A stretch of DNA of 64,000 nucleotides from Candidatus Barnesiella excrementavium (GTDB lineage: Bacteria > Bacteroidota > Bacteroidia > Bacteroidales > Barnesiellaceae). This document shows positions 30,556-40,659 of the stretch, piece by piece; position 1 is the first letter of the stretch, and each line of letters opens with the position of its first letter. The stretch spans positions 1,789 through 65,788 of the forward strand of contig DXDM01000017.1 in the NCBI GenBank assembly GCA_019115485.1, read 5' to 3'. The translations under genes and the position numbers were made by a program. The notes below the pieces were generated by a model. It searched no databases. It had not been told where the DNA came from and worked only from the letters and a program-made list of their open reading frames with translations.

Positions 30556-31530
30556 TTACCAATTTTTATATTTTACTTTATAATTTGTTACATTCCAACG
30601 AAAATACTCATAGGTCATTTTCAATGACATGAATTGAGCATATGACATTTGACAAGTTATCGTTTGGCCATTATCGGATACAATGAGTAGATGCACGGGA
30701 TTATCTTCCACTAAATCTTTTACCTGATTGGGCATCAGAAACACCCGCTCTTCTGATTGCACTTGACACGCTACCCGCACTCTCCCATTCGAGAGACACA
30801 CTTCTTTTACGGTACGTTCTGCCCCATTAGCATCTGACACATGACAGCGAAAAGCAATTTGCAGATTATTCTCCTTGGTCTCCTGGACATAGAATTTCAG
30901 GTCTACATGATGCGCGTCTATATCAATCCGTTGAGGCGCATTCCAACCATACAACTTAACTCCCGGATATGACACCGCCACTCCCGGATAATGCAACAGA
31001 GCATATGCCTCTACCTCATTTCGCCCTACCTTTACCAGATAGTCACAATCGGAAAACAGCGACACCGTGTCACTCTCCATATCGGCATACTTGAAATACG
31101 CTTTAAGCCGGGCTATAAAACGAGCTCTATCCCAGTGCTCTCCACCCAACAGGGATACACCATAAACGGTACTATCGCACAACATATAACGTACACTCGA
31201 GAACATACTCCTGTTAAATAGTGGCAGACGTCCCGATTGACAGAGATTATCATGAACAGGTACCAACGGAATCTCCGACCATTCACTTAACCGAAAACCA
31301 AAGGGGATAAGCTCCTTTGTCCCCCTATCGTCCACCTCGGGGAAATTCAACAACAGGCCTGTGCGGCCATATGTTTTTTCCAAGAAACTCACCCACACGC
31401 TGTCGGGTCTCTCCCCCGCGACAACCCCTCCGGTCTCCTCCAAATAAGCATCAACGACCGGTAATCGCGGTTGTTGTGCCGGCGCAATAAAAACAACGCA
31501 CAATAATATAATAAGCACAATATGTTTCAT
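30556..31530 (-). CDS. Hypothetical secreted protein (PUL-encoded, no recognised family)
   Basis: 324 aa with a signal peptide (MKHIVLIILLCVVFIAPAQQ). It is AT-rich. Its stop lies 2 nt before the GH43 start, and its start lies 14 nt after the upstream gene's stop. Confidence 0.6.
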   Translation of the reverse strand: MKHIVLIILLCVVFIAPAQQPRLPVVDAYLEETGGVVAGERPDSVWVSFLEKTYGRTGLLLNFPEVDDRGTKELIPFGFRLSEWSEIPLVPVHDNLCQSGRLPLFNRSMFSSVRYMLCDSTVYGVSLLGGEHWDRARFIARLKAYFKYADMESDTVSLFSDCDYLVKVGRNEVEAYALLHYPGVAVSYPGVKLYGWNAPQRIDIDAHHVDLKFYVQETKENNLQIAFRCHVSDANGAERTVKEVCLSNGRVRVACQVQSEERVFLMPNQVKDLVEDNPVHLLIVSDNGQTITCQMSYAQFMSLKMTYEYFRWNVTNYKVKYKNW

Positions 31531-31544
31531 CGTTCTCGTCTTAT

Positions 31545-33743
31545 TTATTCTCGAATCAAACCTTGTGTTTCGGCATAGTTTTTTATCCGTTGCTGACGTT
31601 CCTCCATCGGCAACTTTTCAATTTCGTCGATATCAATCAGTCCAAACGCATCTTTAAACCGGTGCATCGGTTCCAAAATCGAAGCCTGATTCCAGGGAAG
31701 TTGCTGCCGAACGCTATGCCCCCGGTTGGCCTGAGGGTTGAAACACTCGGTCAAAAGCCCCCGATATTTATATCCCATACGGCCTTGCAAATCCATAATC
31801 GACAACGTATTGTTCTGTATAACCCGCGCCACGTCGAGCCAATGTTTATCTCCCGTCAACAAATAGAGCCGGTAGTATTGAAAAGACGAGAAGGCCATGC
31901 CGTTATCTATACCCGAATGACCCGTGGCAATAAGTGTTTGACCGATGACCGTGGCCGAAGGAGGGAAGTCGGTCAGATAATCTCCCAGCGACATCGGGAC
32001 TTGATAAGAGAACATAAACGTTTCGGTATAACGGGCAGCCTGTAAAGCGGCTGCTTTCCACTTCTCATCGCCCGTCATATCATACAGGGCCAAGAATGCA
32101 TAAATAGCCAGTTGACCCGACTCCCGATCCTTCACATTGGGATTATCGACCACCCCGCCGACATATCGATAGGCCTCATGTACCTCCCGATAACAAAACT
32201 CACCGGCTTTCATGGCCGTGGCAAAATAGTCCTCATCGCCTGTTACGACATATAACTCGATAAGGAACCTGATAATATTGGAAGTCGTATACGGACTCTT
32301 GCGAATAGGAGCCCCCGTTTTCCAATCATAGCTCAAATAAAAACTGCCGTCGGCATTTTGATTGGCACCCAACCAATCGGCATACCGTCTACAATATTGA
32401 AGCCACCGGGGACGCTCACGACCATATTTCTTCATCACACTCCAAGCCCCCATCAAGCCCTCCATTCCGCCCGCGGTAACCCGCATCGAGGTCTCATAAT
32501 CGCGCCAAGTGTGTTTCCGATCTACATACGCATCGGCCCAGGTACGGAGCAAACCATTCTCCATCTGAGAATTCTCGACCCAAAAATCAATTACCGAACA
32601 GCCATCTTCGACATACTCCTCACGATTGTTTTCCAAACCGTTTCGCAGCAAAAAATAGGCATTCGAGAGTTGGAACCCGATAAAGCCCATTTGATAGTTG
32701 TAGGCACGGGCTAACCCATTGGGCAAATAGATTGAAAAAGGCCACCCCGGTGCTCCATTCAAATTCAACAGATAGGCGTCCAACACTTCGATACTCGCAC
32801 GATAAGCATCGTCGATATCGACTTTCTGCACCCGGGGATTATATTGGTTCCAGGATTGTTCCCATACTTTATCTACCATATCGGGGAAATCGGCTACCTC
32901 ATTAAATCCGAACCGCAGTTGATAAGCATGCTCTATTCCCTTTTTTACCGGGTGACTTCTATATGAAAATCCTTTGGTGCGATTGTGGGGGAAACGACCC
33001 GTATAACTCTTCTCTCCCTCAATACCGGGGAAGACAAACATGATTGACTGCCCTTTTGCCTGTACAAAGCCCAAACTGCCAAACTGCATGCGTTCGTCGA
33101 CAATGCGCCCCACCCCATTTTCTCCGTAAAATGATACCGGGTTGGCTCCGACATGCATCAAATCGACCGACAAGCGGGTCGATTGTACCTTGGCCGAAAC
33201 GACCGGTAAAGGGAGTCGGTCTTCCCGAAAATAAAAATAGTTGTCGGTATAGTCGCTTGCCAAGCTACCTGCCCGTAAACATTGATTATCTTTATACCAG
33301 ATACCAGGTACAAAGTATTCGTTTTCCTCGACCTTGTTAACCAAGGTGTTACACAGTCCAAAATAGGAATTAAAATAGTGGTCTTCTCTCCGGGCCTTGA
33401 CAACCGATACCTCACGATCCAACAAGAAATGACCCGCTATATCTTTTGAAAAAATATCCTCAACCTCAAACACCGACCCATTTTGCGAGGTTAATTTCGC
33501 ACTGCAGATTACCTGCCCGTCTTTCGGAGTCACCGTTTTATACCGCCCAGACAAAGTCTCGCCATTCACCTCCAATATTACAGGCTGTGATGTAGTGTAC
33601 AAAACTGTCGATTGCGACAAGGATAACCTGTCGTCGGAAATTTCGAGACAAGCCTTATCGCTTACCAGCGAATATGATGCATTGGCAACTAACCCTGATA
33701 CCGAAATCCCCCAAACAATCCCAAGACAAATAAAGTTTTTCAT
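31545..33743 (-). CDS. Uncharacterised PUL protein, N-terminal beta-rich domain + C-terminal alpha/alpha-toroid-like domain (paralog 1)
   Basis: 732 aa with a signal peptide. It is a clear paralog of 40660-43149, with shared blocks FYREDRxxLPVV, QFGxxGF, ENQNxDGSFYL, DxESGQ, IAxGHS, YYRLYLLTG and RFKDAFG. Confidence 0.7.
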   Translation of the reverse strand: MKNFICLGIVWGISVSGLVANASYSLVSDKACLEISDDRLSLSQSTVLYTTSQPVILEVNGETLSGRYKTVTPKDGQVICSAKLTSQNGSVFEVEDIFSKDIAGHFLLDREVSVVKARREDHYFNSYFGLCNTLVNKVEENEYFVPGIWYKDNQCLRAGSLASDYTDNYFYFREDRLPLPVVSAKVQSTRLSVDLMHVGANPVSFYGENGVGRIVDERMQFGSLGFVQAKGQSIMFVFPGIEGEKSYTGRFPHNRTKGFSYRSHPVKKGIEHAYQLRFGFNEVADFPDMVDKVWEQSWNQYNPRVQKVDIDDAYRASIEVLDAYLLNLNGAPGWPFSIYLPNGLARAYNYQMGFIGFQLSNAYFLLRNGLENNREEYVEDGCSVIDFWVENSQMENGLLRTWADAYVDRKHTWRDYETSMRVTAGGMEGLMGAWSVMKKYGRERPRWLQYCRRYADWLGANQNADGSFYLSYDWKTGAPIRKSPYTTSNIIRFLIELYVVTGDEDYFATAMKAGEFCYREVHEAYRYVGGVVDNPNVKDRESGQLAIYAFLALYDMTGDEKWKAAALQAARYTETFMFSYQVPMSLGDYLTDFPPSATVIGQTLIATGHSGIDNGMAFSSFQYYRLYLLTGDKHWLDVARVIQNNTLSIMDLQGRMGYKYRGLLTECFNPQANRGHSVRQQLPWNQASILEPMHRFKDAFGLIDIDEIEKLPMEERQQRIKNYAETQGLIRE

Positions 33744-33770
33744 GACAGATTCAATCTAAAAGTTGAGGAT

Positions 33771-33801
33771 AAGTATCTGCCGGCAATGCCGGCAGATACT
33801 T
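33771..33801 (-). other. Intra-operon 31-nt perfect palindrome / strong RNA hairpin
   Basis: AAGTATCTGCCGGCA-A-TGCCGGCAGATACTT has 15-nt perfectly complementary arms. It sits in the 76-nt gap between the DUF3823 stop and the paralog-1 start. Confidence 0.6.
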
Positions 33802-33819
33802 ACTATTAACCCAATACAA

Positions 33820-34578
33820 TCATTCTACCGGCAATCCCTCTATTTTCTGAATATCAGAGAAGAGATAATAGTCGGGAATACCTTCCAGTTCAATGGCTAC
33901 ACGATAGTAGGCATAGGTGCGGAAGTTGTTGATGTAATACTTCTTGTCCCGATAATAGGCCAACGGTATTGAAACAGTCAGTGTAGTCGCATCGGGATCG
34001 GTCACGGTCTTAGAGCGCAGACAGGCTATGCCCGAGTCGACAATCACACTCGTACCCAAATAGATACGAGCTGTTTTTATGGCCGGAGCCTCTTTTTCGG
34101 TATTGGTCATTTTGGTGACATCAAATGTTGCCTCGATGTTTCTGCCATTCTCCGACAACTTGGCCGACAGATTTGACAACTTATAATAGGGCCGAACCTC
34201 GAAAGGCTGATACACATTACCGTTCATGTGATAATAGATTGTATCATACCCCAACCCGGCTCCCCGCGAGGGGAAATCGGGCATTTCAAACGGCAGCGCC
34301 TGATTAACGAGAGTCAACTTGTAGTCTTCGCCCGAGAAAAGCAGTTGCTTATAGCTGCCATCGTTCAAGATATTCATATTGATGCCGCCATCTTCCTTGC
34401 CAAATCCCGTCTGATAAAACTTGAAAATCGTACGATTGGCATCAAACTGGAAGGGCTCTCCGTCACACACGAGCTGTCCTTTAAACTCACATTCAGGAGC
34501 CTCGTAATTGTCATACTCACAGGAAACGAGAGCCAATATCAACAGCATCGACAGGGATAAAATATATTTCAGTTTCAT
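33820..34578 (-). CDS. DUF3823-like SusE/F-type surface lipoprotein
   Basis: 252 aa with the lipobox LVSCEYDNYEAP and ...FKGQLV.DGEPFQFD..., as in DUF3823 proteins. It lies directly downstream of SusD. Confidence 0.7.
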   Translation of the reverse strand: MKLKYILSLSMLLILALVSCEYDNYEAPECEFKGQLVCDGEPFQFDANRTIFKFYQTGFGKEDGGINMNILNDGSYKQLLFSGEDYKLTLVNQALPFEMPDFPSRGAGLGYDTIYYHMNGNVYQPFEVRPYYKLSNLSAKLSENGRNIEATFDVTKMTNTEKEAPAIKTARIYLGTSVIVDSGIACLRSKTVTDPDATTLTVSIPLAYYRDKKYYINNFRTYAYYRVAIELEGIPDYYLFSDIQKIEGLPVE

Positions 34579-34594
34579 TGCTTTTAATTTTTAA

Positions 34595-36523
34595 TTAGTG
34601 ATTCGGATTCTTCTCAACATAAGGATTCCCGTCGTCCATCGGATAGTAGTTGTAATACATCGTATTATCGAACGAAATGGTTGCATTGGAACCTCTGTTC
34701 ATAGCTTTCATCTTCCGAAATATCCATTTCCCGTCATTCCCGGTACCCGGTGCATAAATCTTATAAGGCCATAACACATAGATACCGGCGGTAGGACTTT
34801 CTACGTCATAGTGCCACAACTCATCGGCCAAACGCCAACGCTTCAAATCGTAATATCGGTGATCTTCAAAAGCCAACTCGACACGACGCTCGTTCATAAT
34901 GCGGTCAAAAGTCAGTTCACTGGCCTCTATTTCAAAATCGGGACCTCCGGCACGATTACGCACTTGATTGATATACGAGAGAGCCAAATCTCTTGTATTC
35001 TTCCCGTTATAATCCATAACGCCCATTTGGCTCAGATAAAAGGCAGCCTCGGCTCCGTTCAGCAAAGCCTCGCCATAACGGAACACGATGTAAGGCACTT
35101 GGCTGGCTCCGTTTACCTCACTACCGGCTTGCGTGTCGACAAACTTACGCAGGAGAAATCCCGTGTGACTGATATACCAGTTTCCGTCACCATCGCACAA
35201 CGGGCCATCGGTACCAGTCAGTTTCACACCATTATAGTTGGCCGTAGCCACCTCGGTAATGGTCTTTGCCGACATAAACTCATAACCGTCGCTGGTCGGT
35301 ATTGCTAACCCGGCCTGCAAGTCGACTGGAATATTGCGGAATGAAGAACCCGGACAGATAACCGTCCCGGCCAAACGAGGATCACGACCGGCAAATATAT
35401 CACCAACCTGGTCATAAATCACATACTCCTGAGTCGAAGTCGATGCGCTCATCGACTCTGTCACCTCTTCGCCCACATAGGCATCTAAGTCGGCATTCTC
35501 ATGAGTGGCCACCAACTCGTAATCGTTCAACAGATTCAGCACAGGATTGGCCTGAGCTCCCGACTTATCGGCCACAGCCTGACTGCGGGGAATATGCCAC
35601 ATGGTAAAGTTATTGCCCACATTGATTCCGTCATAGGCCTTACAGAAGATAATCTCGGGATTCGCTCCGGGACTAGCCGTAAAGGCCGATGCATAATTGG
35701 TGGCATAGTCCGACTCTTTCTGATACAGCGTATAACCCAGCTTTTCCAACTCTGAAACCGCATCGAGACATTGTTTCAAATAGCCTTCGGCCAAACTGCG
35801 ATCGATTCCGGTAGCTCCGCTCGCGAGATTAAGATTCTTGGCCGCACTCTTATCATAATTGTAAGCCAAAGTGCCGGCATACAAGGCGGCTCGACATTTA
35901 AGAGCCAAGGCAGCCCCTTTCGTAGCCCGGGTTTTGACGTTGGCCGTAGAGAATCCGTCCAACGACTCGTCCATCTCCTTAATAATGAAATCGTATATCT
36001 CACTCTCCTTGTTGCGGGGCCGCGCCAATGAAATGGGATTATCGGTATACTCCTGTACCTCGGTAATCAAGGGCACACCCCCATTTTGAGTCACCATGCG
36101 AAAATAGACAAACGCTCTCAGGAAACGAGCCTCGGACAGATAATATTGATAGTTCCGCTCCGATACCTTCTCTTTGGCGATTGTTTTCAAATTACGAATA
36201 TGAAGGTTCAACTCGCGCACCAGCGTATAGTCATAATAGCTGCGATAGTTGGCATCGACATTCCCGGCCTGAGCCCAATACTGACTGTTGTCCGACGACT
36301 CGTCCCAGCGGGAAAGGTCGTACGACAGATTGTCGGTTGCGAAGTCTTGCCAATATTTCATGCGAGAATAAAAGTTGGAGGCCAGACTCGTGATTCCTGC
36401 ATCTGACGAATAGGCATCTTCGCCCGACATTCCCATCAGGTTGTCCTGTTCGAGCCAATCGCTACAAGCCGGCATACCAAACAAGCCGATGCACATGATA
36501 ATAAAATATGATATTTTTTTCAT
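34595..36523 (-). CDS. SusD/RagB family nutrient-binding outer-membrane lipoprotein
   Basis: 642 aa with the lipobox MPACSDW and SusD TPR-like blocks (EARFLRAFVYF, RAALYAGT, RRVELAFEDHRYYDLKRW). Confidence 0.93.
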   Translation of the reverse strand: MKKISYFIIMCIGLFGMPACSDWLEQDNLMGMSGEDAYSSDAGITSLASNFYSRMKYWQDFATDNLSYDLSRWDESSDNSQYWAQAGNVDANYRSYYDYTLVRELNLHIRNLKTIAKEKVSERNYQYYLSEARFLRAFVYFRMVTQNGGVPLITEVQEYTDNPISLARPRNKESEIYDFIIKEMDESLDGFSTANVKTRATKGAALALKCRAALYAGTLAYNYDKSAAKNLNLASGATGIDRSLAEGYLKQCLDAVSELEKLGYTLYQKESDYATNYASAFTASPGANPEIIFCKAYDGINVGNNFTMWHIPRSQAVADKSGAQANPVLNLLNDYELVATHENADLDAYVGEEVTESMSASTSTQEYVIYDQVGDIFAGRDPRLAGTVICPGSSFRNIPVDLQAGLAIPTSDGYEFMSAKTITEVATANYNGVKLTGTDGPLCDGDGNWYISHTGFLLRKFVDTQAGSEVNGASQVPYIVFRYGEALLNGAEAAFYLSQMGVMDYNGKNTRDLALSYINQVRNRAGGPDFEIEASELTFDRIMNERRVELAFEDHRYYDLKRWRLADELWHYDVESPTAGIYVLWPYKIYAPGTGNDGKWIFRKMKAMNRGSNATISFDNTMYYNYYPMDDGNPYVEKNPNH

Positions 36524-36534
36524 CGCTTTAATCC

Positions 36535-39500
36535 TTAAAATGTAATGTTAACTCCAAACAGGCAGGTTCTATGTTGAGGATAGTCAAAGCCGGTCACACT
36601 TGAAATTTCAGGGTCAAATCCATAATCTTCCAAGCTGTCCCAACAGAGCAAATTGGAACCCTCAAAATAGAATCTCAACTTCTCGATATATGCCTTTCTC
36701 GTCCACTTCTGCGGCAAGGTATAACCGACAACCAGATTCCGCAAGCGCAGATAGTTAATCTCCTTGGTATAGAAATCATTCCACCATCTCGAAGAGGGGT
36801 TGTTGTCTCTCAATGCCGGGAATTTACCGGGAACCCAGGGCGAGGAAGGATCGAATATGTCCTCGTGATGCCATACGTCTAACGAATTGTATACATAACC
36901 CATCTGGTCTACCGATACACCGTTCTTTACATGCCAGTCAGCCACATAAGTATTCATGAAACCTCCGGCAAAATCGGCAGCGAAGTCAATGCCTTTCCAT
37001 TCAAATCCCAGATTAATACCCATCGTCAAGAGCGGTTGTTTATTGGCATTTGAGGCGTCCCAAGCGTAGTCGGTAGAGGCATAGCCCAACGGCCGTTCAT
37101 CATACTCGTTGATTATGCCATCACCGTTTACATCTTTGAAAATCAAGTCGCCCGGTACCAGCTTCGTATTGTTTGCCCCATCAATGTCTACCGGGTAGTT
37201 ATCGATTTGCTCCTGTGTCTGGAACACACCGATTACCTCATACATCCACACGGCTCCATTCTTCACATTCGACCAGCGGTCGCTTTGAGACCAACGATAC
37301 TGATCCCAGGCATTGAAGAATTTTTCGCCATAAACCTTTCCCGATTTTTGACGGGCCAACGTAACGTTCACCCCTACGTTGTATTTAAAATCAGATACCT
37401 TGTCGTTCCAGCTTACAGTCGCATCGATACCCGAAATTTCGTCGGAGTTCAAATTCTGACTCATCACCGTCATGCCACTCTCCTGCGGGAAGACCACATC
37501 GTCGGGCTTGGCCGGGATTCCATCGCGCATACGACGGAACATATCATACTCAAACCGCAACCGTTCCTGGAAGAATCCCATATCGATACCCACGTTGACA
37601 ATCGAGGAGGTCATCCACGAAAGGTTGGTTTGAGGAATACCGTTATAGGCGGTTCCCGTATAGTAGGAGTCGCTACCCCCAAACGGATTGCCGGCAATGA
37701 CAGCTCCGGGCTTGCCAAACGTATAACCGGGCAAGAAAGCAAAATCGGGATACGAACTGTTGAACGTTATCGCCATATCGTCGCCCATCTCTCCGTAAGA
37801 AGCGCGGAGTTTCAACGAACTCATCCAATTGGATATACTCGAATTTTTGAAGAAGCTCTCCTCATTAATGCGCCAGGCTCCCGAAATTGATGGGAAGAAA
37901 CCCCACTGGCTACCGACGGGGAAACGCCATGAAGCATCGTAACGACCGGCAAAGTCGAGAATGTATTTCTCTTTATAGGCATATCCCAGACGGAATATCC
38001 AACTGGCCGTCGAAATGGCACGGGCAGTTTCTGAAACGAAATTGTTCTCGTTGGTCGAAATGATGGGTACAAACTGATTTTCTACCGGGGTTTGCCATAC
38101 ATTCGTCCCTTTGGTGTTCTCCCGATAAAACTCAAAACCGGCGACACCCGTTACATGATGGTCCTCGGCAAAAACGTTGTCGTAGTTCAACGTGAACTGA
38201 CCGGTCATCTCCTCTCTGTACTGGCGGTTTTTCCCCAGATAAGTATCGGCCTTCGTATAAGCTATGTTATACTCTTTCGTGGCAGGGTCGTAGGTATACT
38301 CGTTCCACGATTTCTCGTTGTTCTCAACATTCAGGTCGTAATAGAAATACGATAACTGAGCCCGAGCCTTCAACCCTTTCAACGGAGTGGCATATTCAAG
38401 ATTGACATTGGTCTGAATGGTCCGTACGTCTTTCTGATATTTGCCTGCATTATCAATCGTATAGGCCGCCATGTTATGAGCCATGTCGTGAGTAGGATTG
38501 ATATAGTTCAAATAATCGGGATTGTCATTGGCATAGGGTCGCATGATGGGAATCAAATTGTATATCGAGTTTCTCATCTCAAAATAGTCGTCATCGCCCG
38601 GCAAGGCAGGGTTGACATTCTGCTCGACTTTACCCAATACCGAGAATCCCACTTTAAGATTCTTCGACAGGTTCATATTGAAATTTCCCTGCAAGTTGGT
38701 CCGGTTGTAATTATACTCCTTGAATACAGCATCTTGGTCGACATGGCTTACCGACAGATAATAATCCATCTTGTCGGATCCGCCTTGAATATTGGCATTG
38801 ACGTAATACTGGGGAGCATCGTTTCTTACAAAAGCCTCTTTCCAGTCGAATCCTCGATAGTCCTCACCCGTCTCGGGATTATAATATCCCTGACGCCACT
38901 TCTCCAAATCGCTCTGTGCATTGGCAATGGCATCGGCACCGACCAGATTTCCGCTATTCACCGACTTCATATAGTTGGCATATTTCCATTGATAGGCATT
39001 CAGCAAGTCGGGATATTCGGTCCACCCCGACCAGCCTACGTTGGCATTCAAACTTACCCGGGCCCGTTCACCCCGTTTCCCGGTCTTGGTCGTCACCAAT
39101 ACCACACCGTTGGCTGCCTTGACTCCATAAATAGCCGCAGCTCCGTCTTTCAAAATAGAGATATTGGCAATATCATTCACGTCCAGAGAATTGAAGGCAT
39201 CGGCATCTTTCATGATTCCATCAATCACATAGAGTGGTTCGCCCATGTTGCGAATTTGAATCGTCGTAGCCGTACCCGGCTGACCCGACTTTTGCCGATA
39301 GGTCAAACCCGACACTTTTCCCACAAGAGCACCGGCCACATTGGTCGAGGCGGTACGGGTAAGGTCGTCGGTATTTATCGAACTTACGGCCGAGGCCACA
39401 GTCGCCTTCTTTTGAACGGCATAACCTACCGCCACGACTTCGTCGAGCAGGGTCGACGATTGTTCCAGTGTCACATCTATTTCAGCTCCGGCCGTAGCCT

Positions 39501-39756
39501 GCATCTCTCTCGGCGAGCAGCCTACATAAGTATATACAAGCGTCGACGGTGATTTCTGCAAACTAATCGAATAGTGCCCATCAACATCGGTTATAACCCC
39601 GTTTGTCGTACCCTTCTCGGCTACATTCACCCCCACCAAGGGATATCCGTCAGAATCGGTAACAACTCCCGTTACCGTATTCTGTGCATAGGCCGAGATT
39701 GACATTACTGCACATACCAACAGCAGTGACAGTCGCCAACTTCTCAGCTTCCGCAT
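36535..39756 (-). CDS. SusC/RagA family TonB-linked outer-membrane transporter
   Basis: 1073 aa from ATG 39756 (an alternative ATG at 39777 adds 7 aa). It has a carboxypeptidase-regulatory-like N-domain (VTGVVTDSDGYPLVGVNVAEKGTTNGVITDVDGHYSI), a plug domain, and a C-terminal barrel ending ...LFGVNITF. Confidence 0.95.
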   Translation of the reverse strand: MRKLRSWRLSLLLVCAVMSISAYAQNTVTGVVTDSDGYPLVGVNVAEKGTTNGVITDVDGHYSISLQKSPSTLVYTYVGCSPREMQATAGAEIDVTLEQSSTLLDEVVAVGYAVQKKATVASAVSSINTDDLTRTASTNVAGALVGKVSGLTYRQKSGQPGTATTIQIRNMGEPLYVIDGIMKDADAFNSLDVNDIANISILKDGAAAIYGVKAANGVVLVTTKTGKRGERARVSLNANVGWSGWTEYPDLLNAYQWKYANYMKSVNSGNLVGADAIANAQSDLEKWRQGYYNPETGEDYRGFDWKEAFVRNDAPQYYVNANIQGGSDKMDYYLSVSHVDQDAVFKEYNYNRTNLQGNFNMNLSKNLKVGFSVLGKVEQNVNPALPGDDDYFEMRNSIYNLIPIMRPYANDNPDYLNYINPTHDMAHNMAAYTIDNAGKYQKDVRTIQTNVNLEYATPLKGLKARAQLSYFYYDLNVENNEKSWNEYTYDPATKEYNIAYTKADTYLGKNRQYREEMTGQFTLNYDNVFAEDHHVTGVAGFEFYRENTKGTNVWQTPVENQFVPIISTNENNFVSETARAISTASWIFRLGYAYKEKYILDFAGRYDASWRFPVGSQWGFFPSISGAWRINEESFFKNSSISNWMSSLKLRASYGEMGDDMAITFNSSYPDFAFLPGYTFGKPGAVIAGNPFGGSDSYYTGTAYNGIPQTNLSWMTSSIVNVGIDMGFFQERLRFEYDMFRRMRDGIPAKPDDVVFPQESGMTVMSQNLNSDEISGIDATVSWNDKVSDFKYNVGVNVTLARQKSGKVYGEKFFNAWDQYRWSQSDRWSNVKNGAVWMYEVIGVFQTQEQIDNYPVDIDGANNTKLVPGDLIFKDVNGDGIINEYDERPLGYASTDYAWDASNANKQPLLTMGINLGFEWKGIDFAADFAGGFMNTYVADWHVKNGVSVDQMGYVYNSLDVWHHEDIFDPSSPWVPGKFPALRDNNPSSRWWNDFYTKEINYLRLRNLVVGYTLPQKWTRKAYIEKLRFYFEGSNLLCWDSLEDYGFDPEISSVTGFDYPQHRTCLFGVNITF

Positions 39757-39797
39757 ATGAAAAAAACTACATCTCATATATCAAATTTTTAACTGTT

Positions 39798-40625
39798 CTA
39801 ACGAACCATCACTTTCTTTACACACTTGCCAGCATCGACAATATACAATCCGGCTTTCAGATCGACGGTTACGGTACCCGTCACATGGGAAGAGGCGTAG
39901 ACACACTGCCCCATCGTATTATAAATGGACACTTCGTCATCATTCATGTTCGACAACTCTACATAGCCATTACCAGCTTTTACGGTTGCTCCGGCAGATT
40001 GAATACCCTCAACAGCCGATGCGTCCAATTGAGTATACAACTGAGACTGAGGAACTACTTCGGTCATCACCGAAGCTTCGTCAATAAACCAGGAGAAACG
40101 TGCGTGAGCACCAAATTCATTTTCGTAATATCTGATGACTATTTTATAATATTTGCCACCTTCCAACTCTCCATCGCAAGTCCACTCGGGACGATCCCAG
40201 CCGAAATCGGTTCCCCAGAACTCACTGGTAATCATCGGAGTTTCCAAATTGTCCAAATCATACAACGCAAAATAATAGCCGTCGTCCCAATAGGTAAAAT
40301 CAAAGGTATAGTAACTGGTCACCGGGGCCAACAGATACCCATTCCATTCAATGCAGAAAGAAAAATCATCATCGGTATCATCGAATGGATTTCCATTTCC
40401 CCAATCAAAATCGATGGTTTTATCCACCCGGTCAAATATCTTTTCGGCGACGGTTCCCTGTGGACGTTTGCTCCAAAATATACTCGACTCTTCTTCATCA
40501 AAATTGGTGGCTCCCTTCCAATAGGAGCCTTGCAGACCATCACCTTCACCAGGGGTATAATCCTGTGCTACGACTACTGATGTTGCAAAAAGCAACCCAG
40601 CTAACAATAAATAGTTCTTTTTCAT
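39798..40625 (-). CDS. PA14-domain protein with T9SS C-terminal sorting domain
   Basis: 275 aa with a signal peptide. It has a PA14-like core (GLQGSYWKG...IDFDWGNG...FCIEWNGYLLAPVTSYYTFDF...YYKIVIRYYENEFGAHARFSW) and a type-A CTD-like tail (...VSIYNTMGQCVY...VDLKAGLYIVDAGKCVKKVMVR). Confidence 0.8.
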   Translation of the reverse strand: MKKNYLLLAGLLFATSVVVAQDYTPGEGDGLQGSYWKGATNFDEEESSIFWSKRPQGTVAEKIFDRVDKTIDFDWGNGNPFDDTDDDFSFCIEWNGYLLAPVTSYYTFDFTYWDDGYYFALYDLDNLETPMITSEFWGTDFGWDRPEWTCDGELEGGKYYKIVIRYYENEFGAHARFSWFIDEASVMTEVVPQSQLYTQLDASAVEGIQSAGATVKAGNGYVELSNMNDDEVSIYNTMGQCVYASSHVTGTVTVDLKAGLYIVDAGKCVKKVMVR

Positions 40626-40659
40626 GAGATTAAATTTTAAGAGGTTAAAAAATAATTAT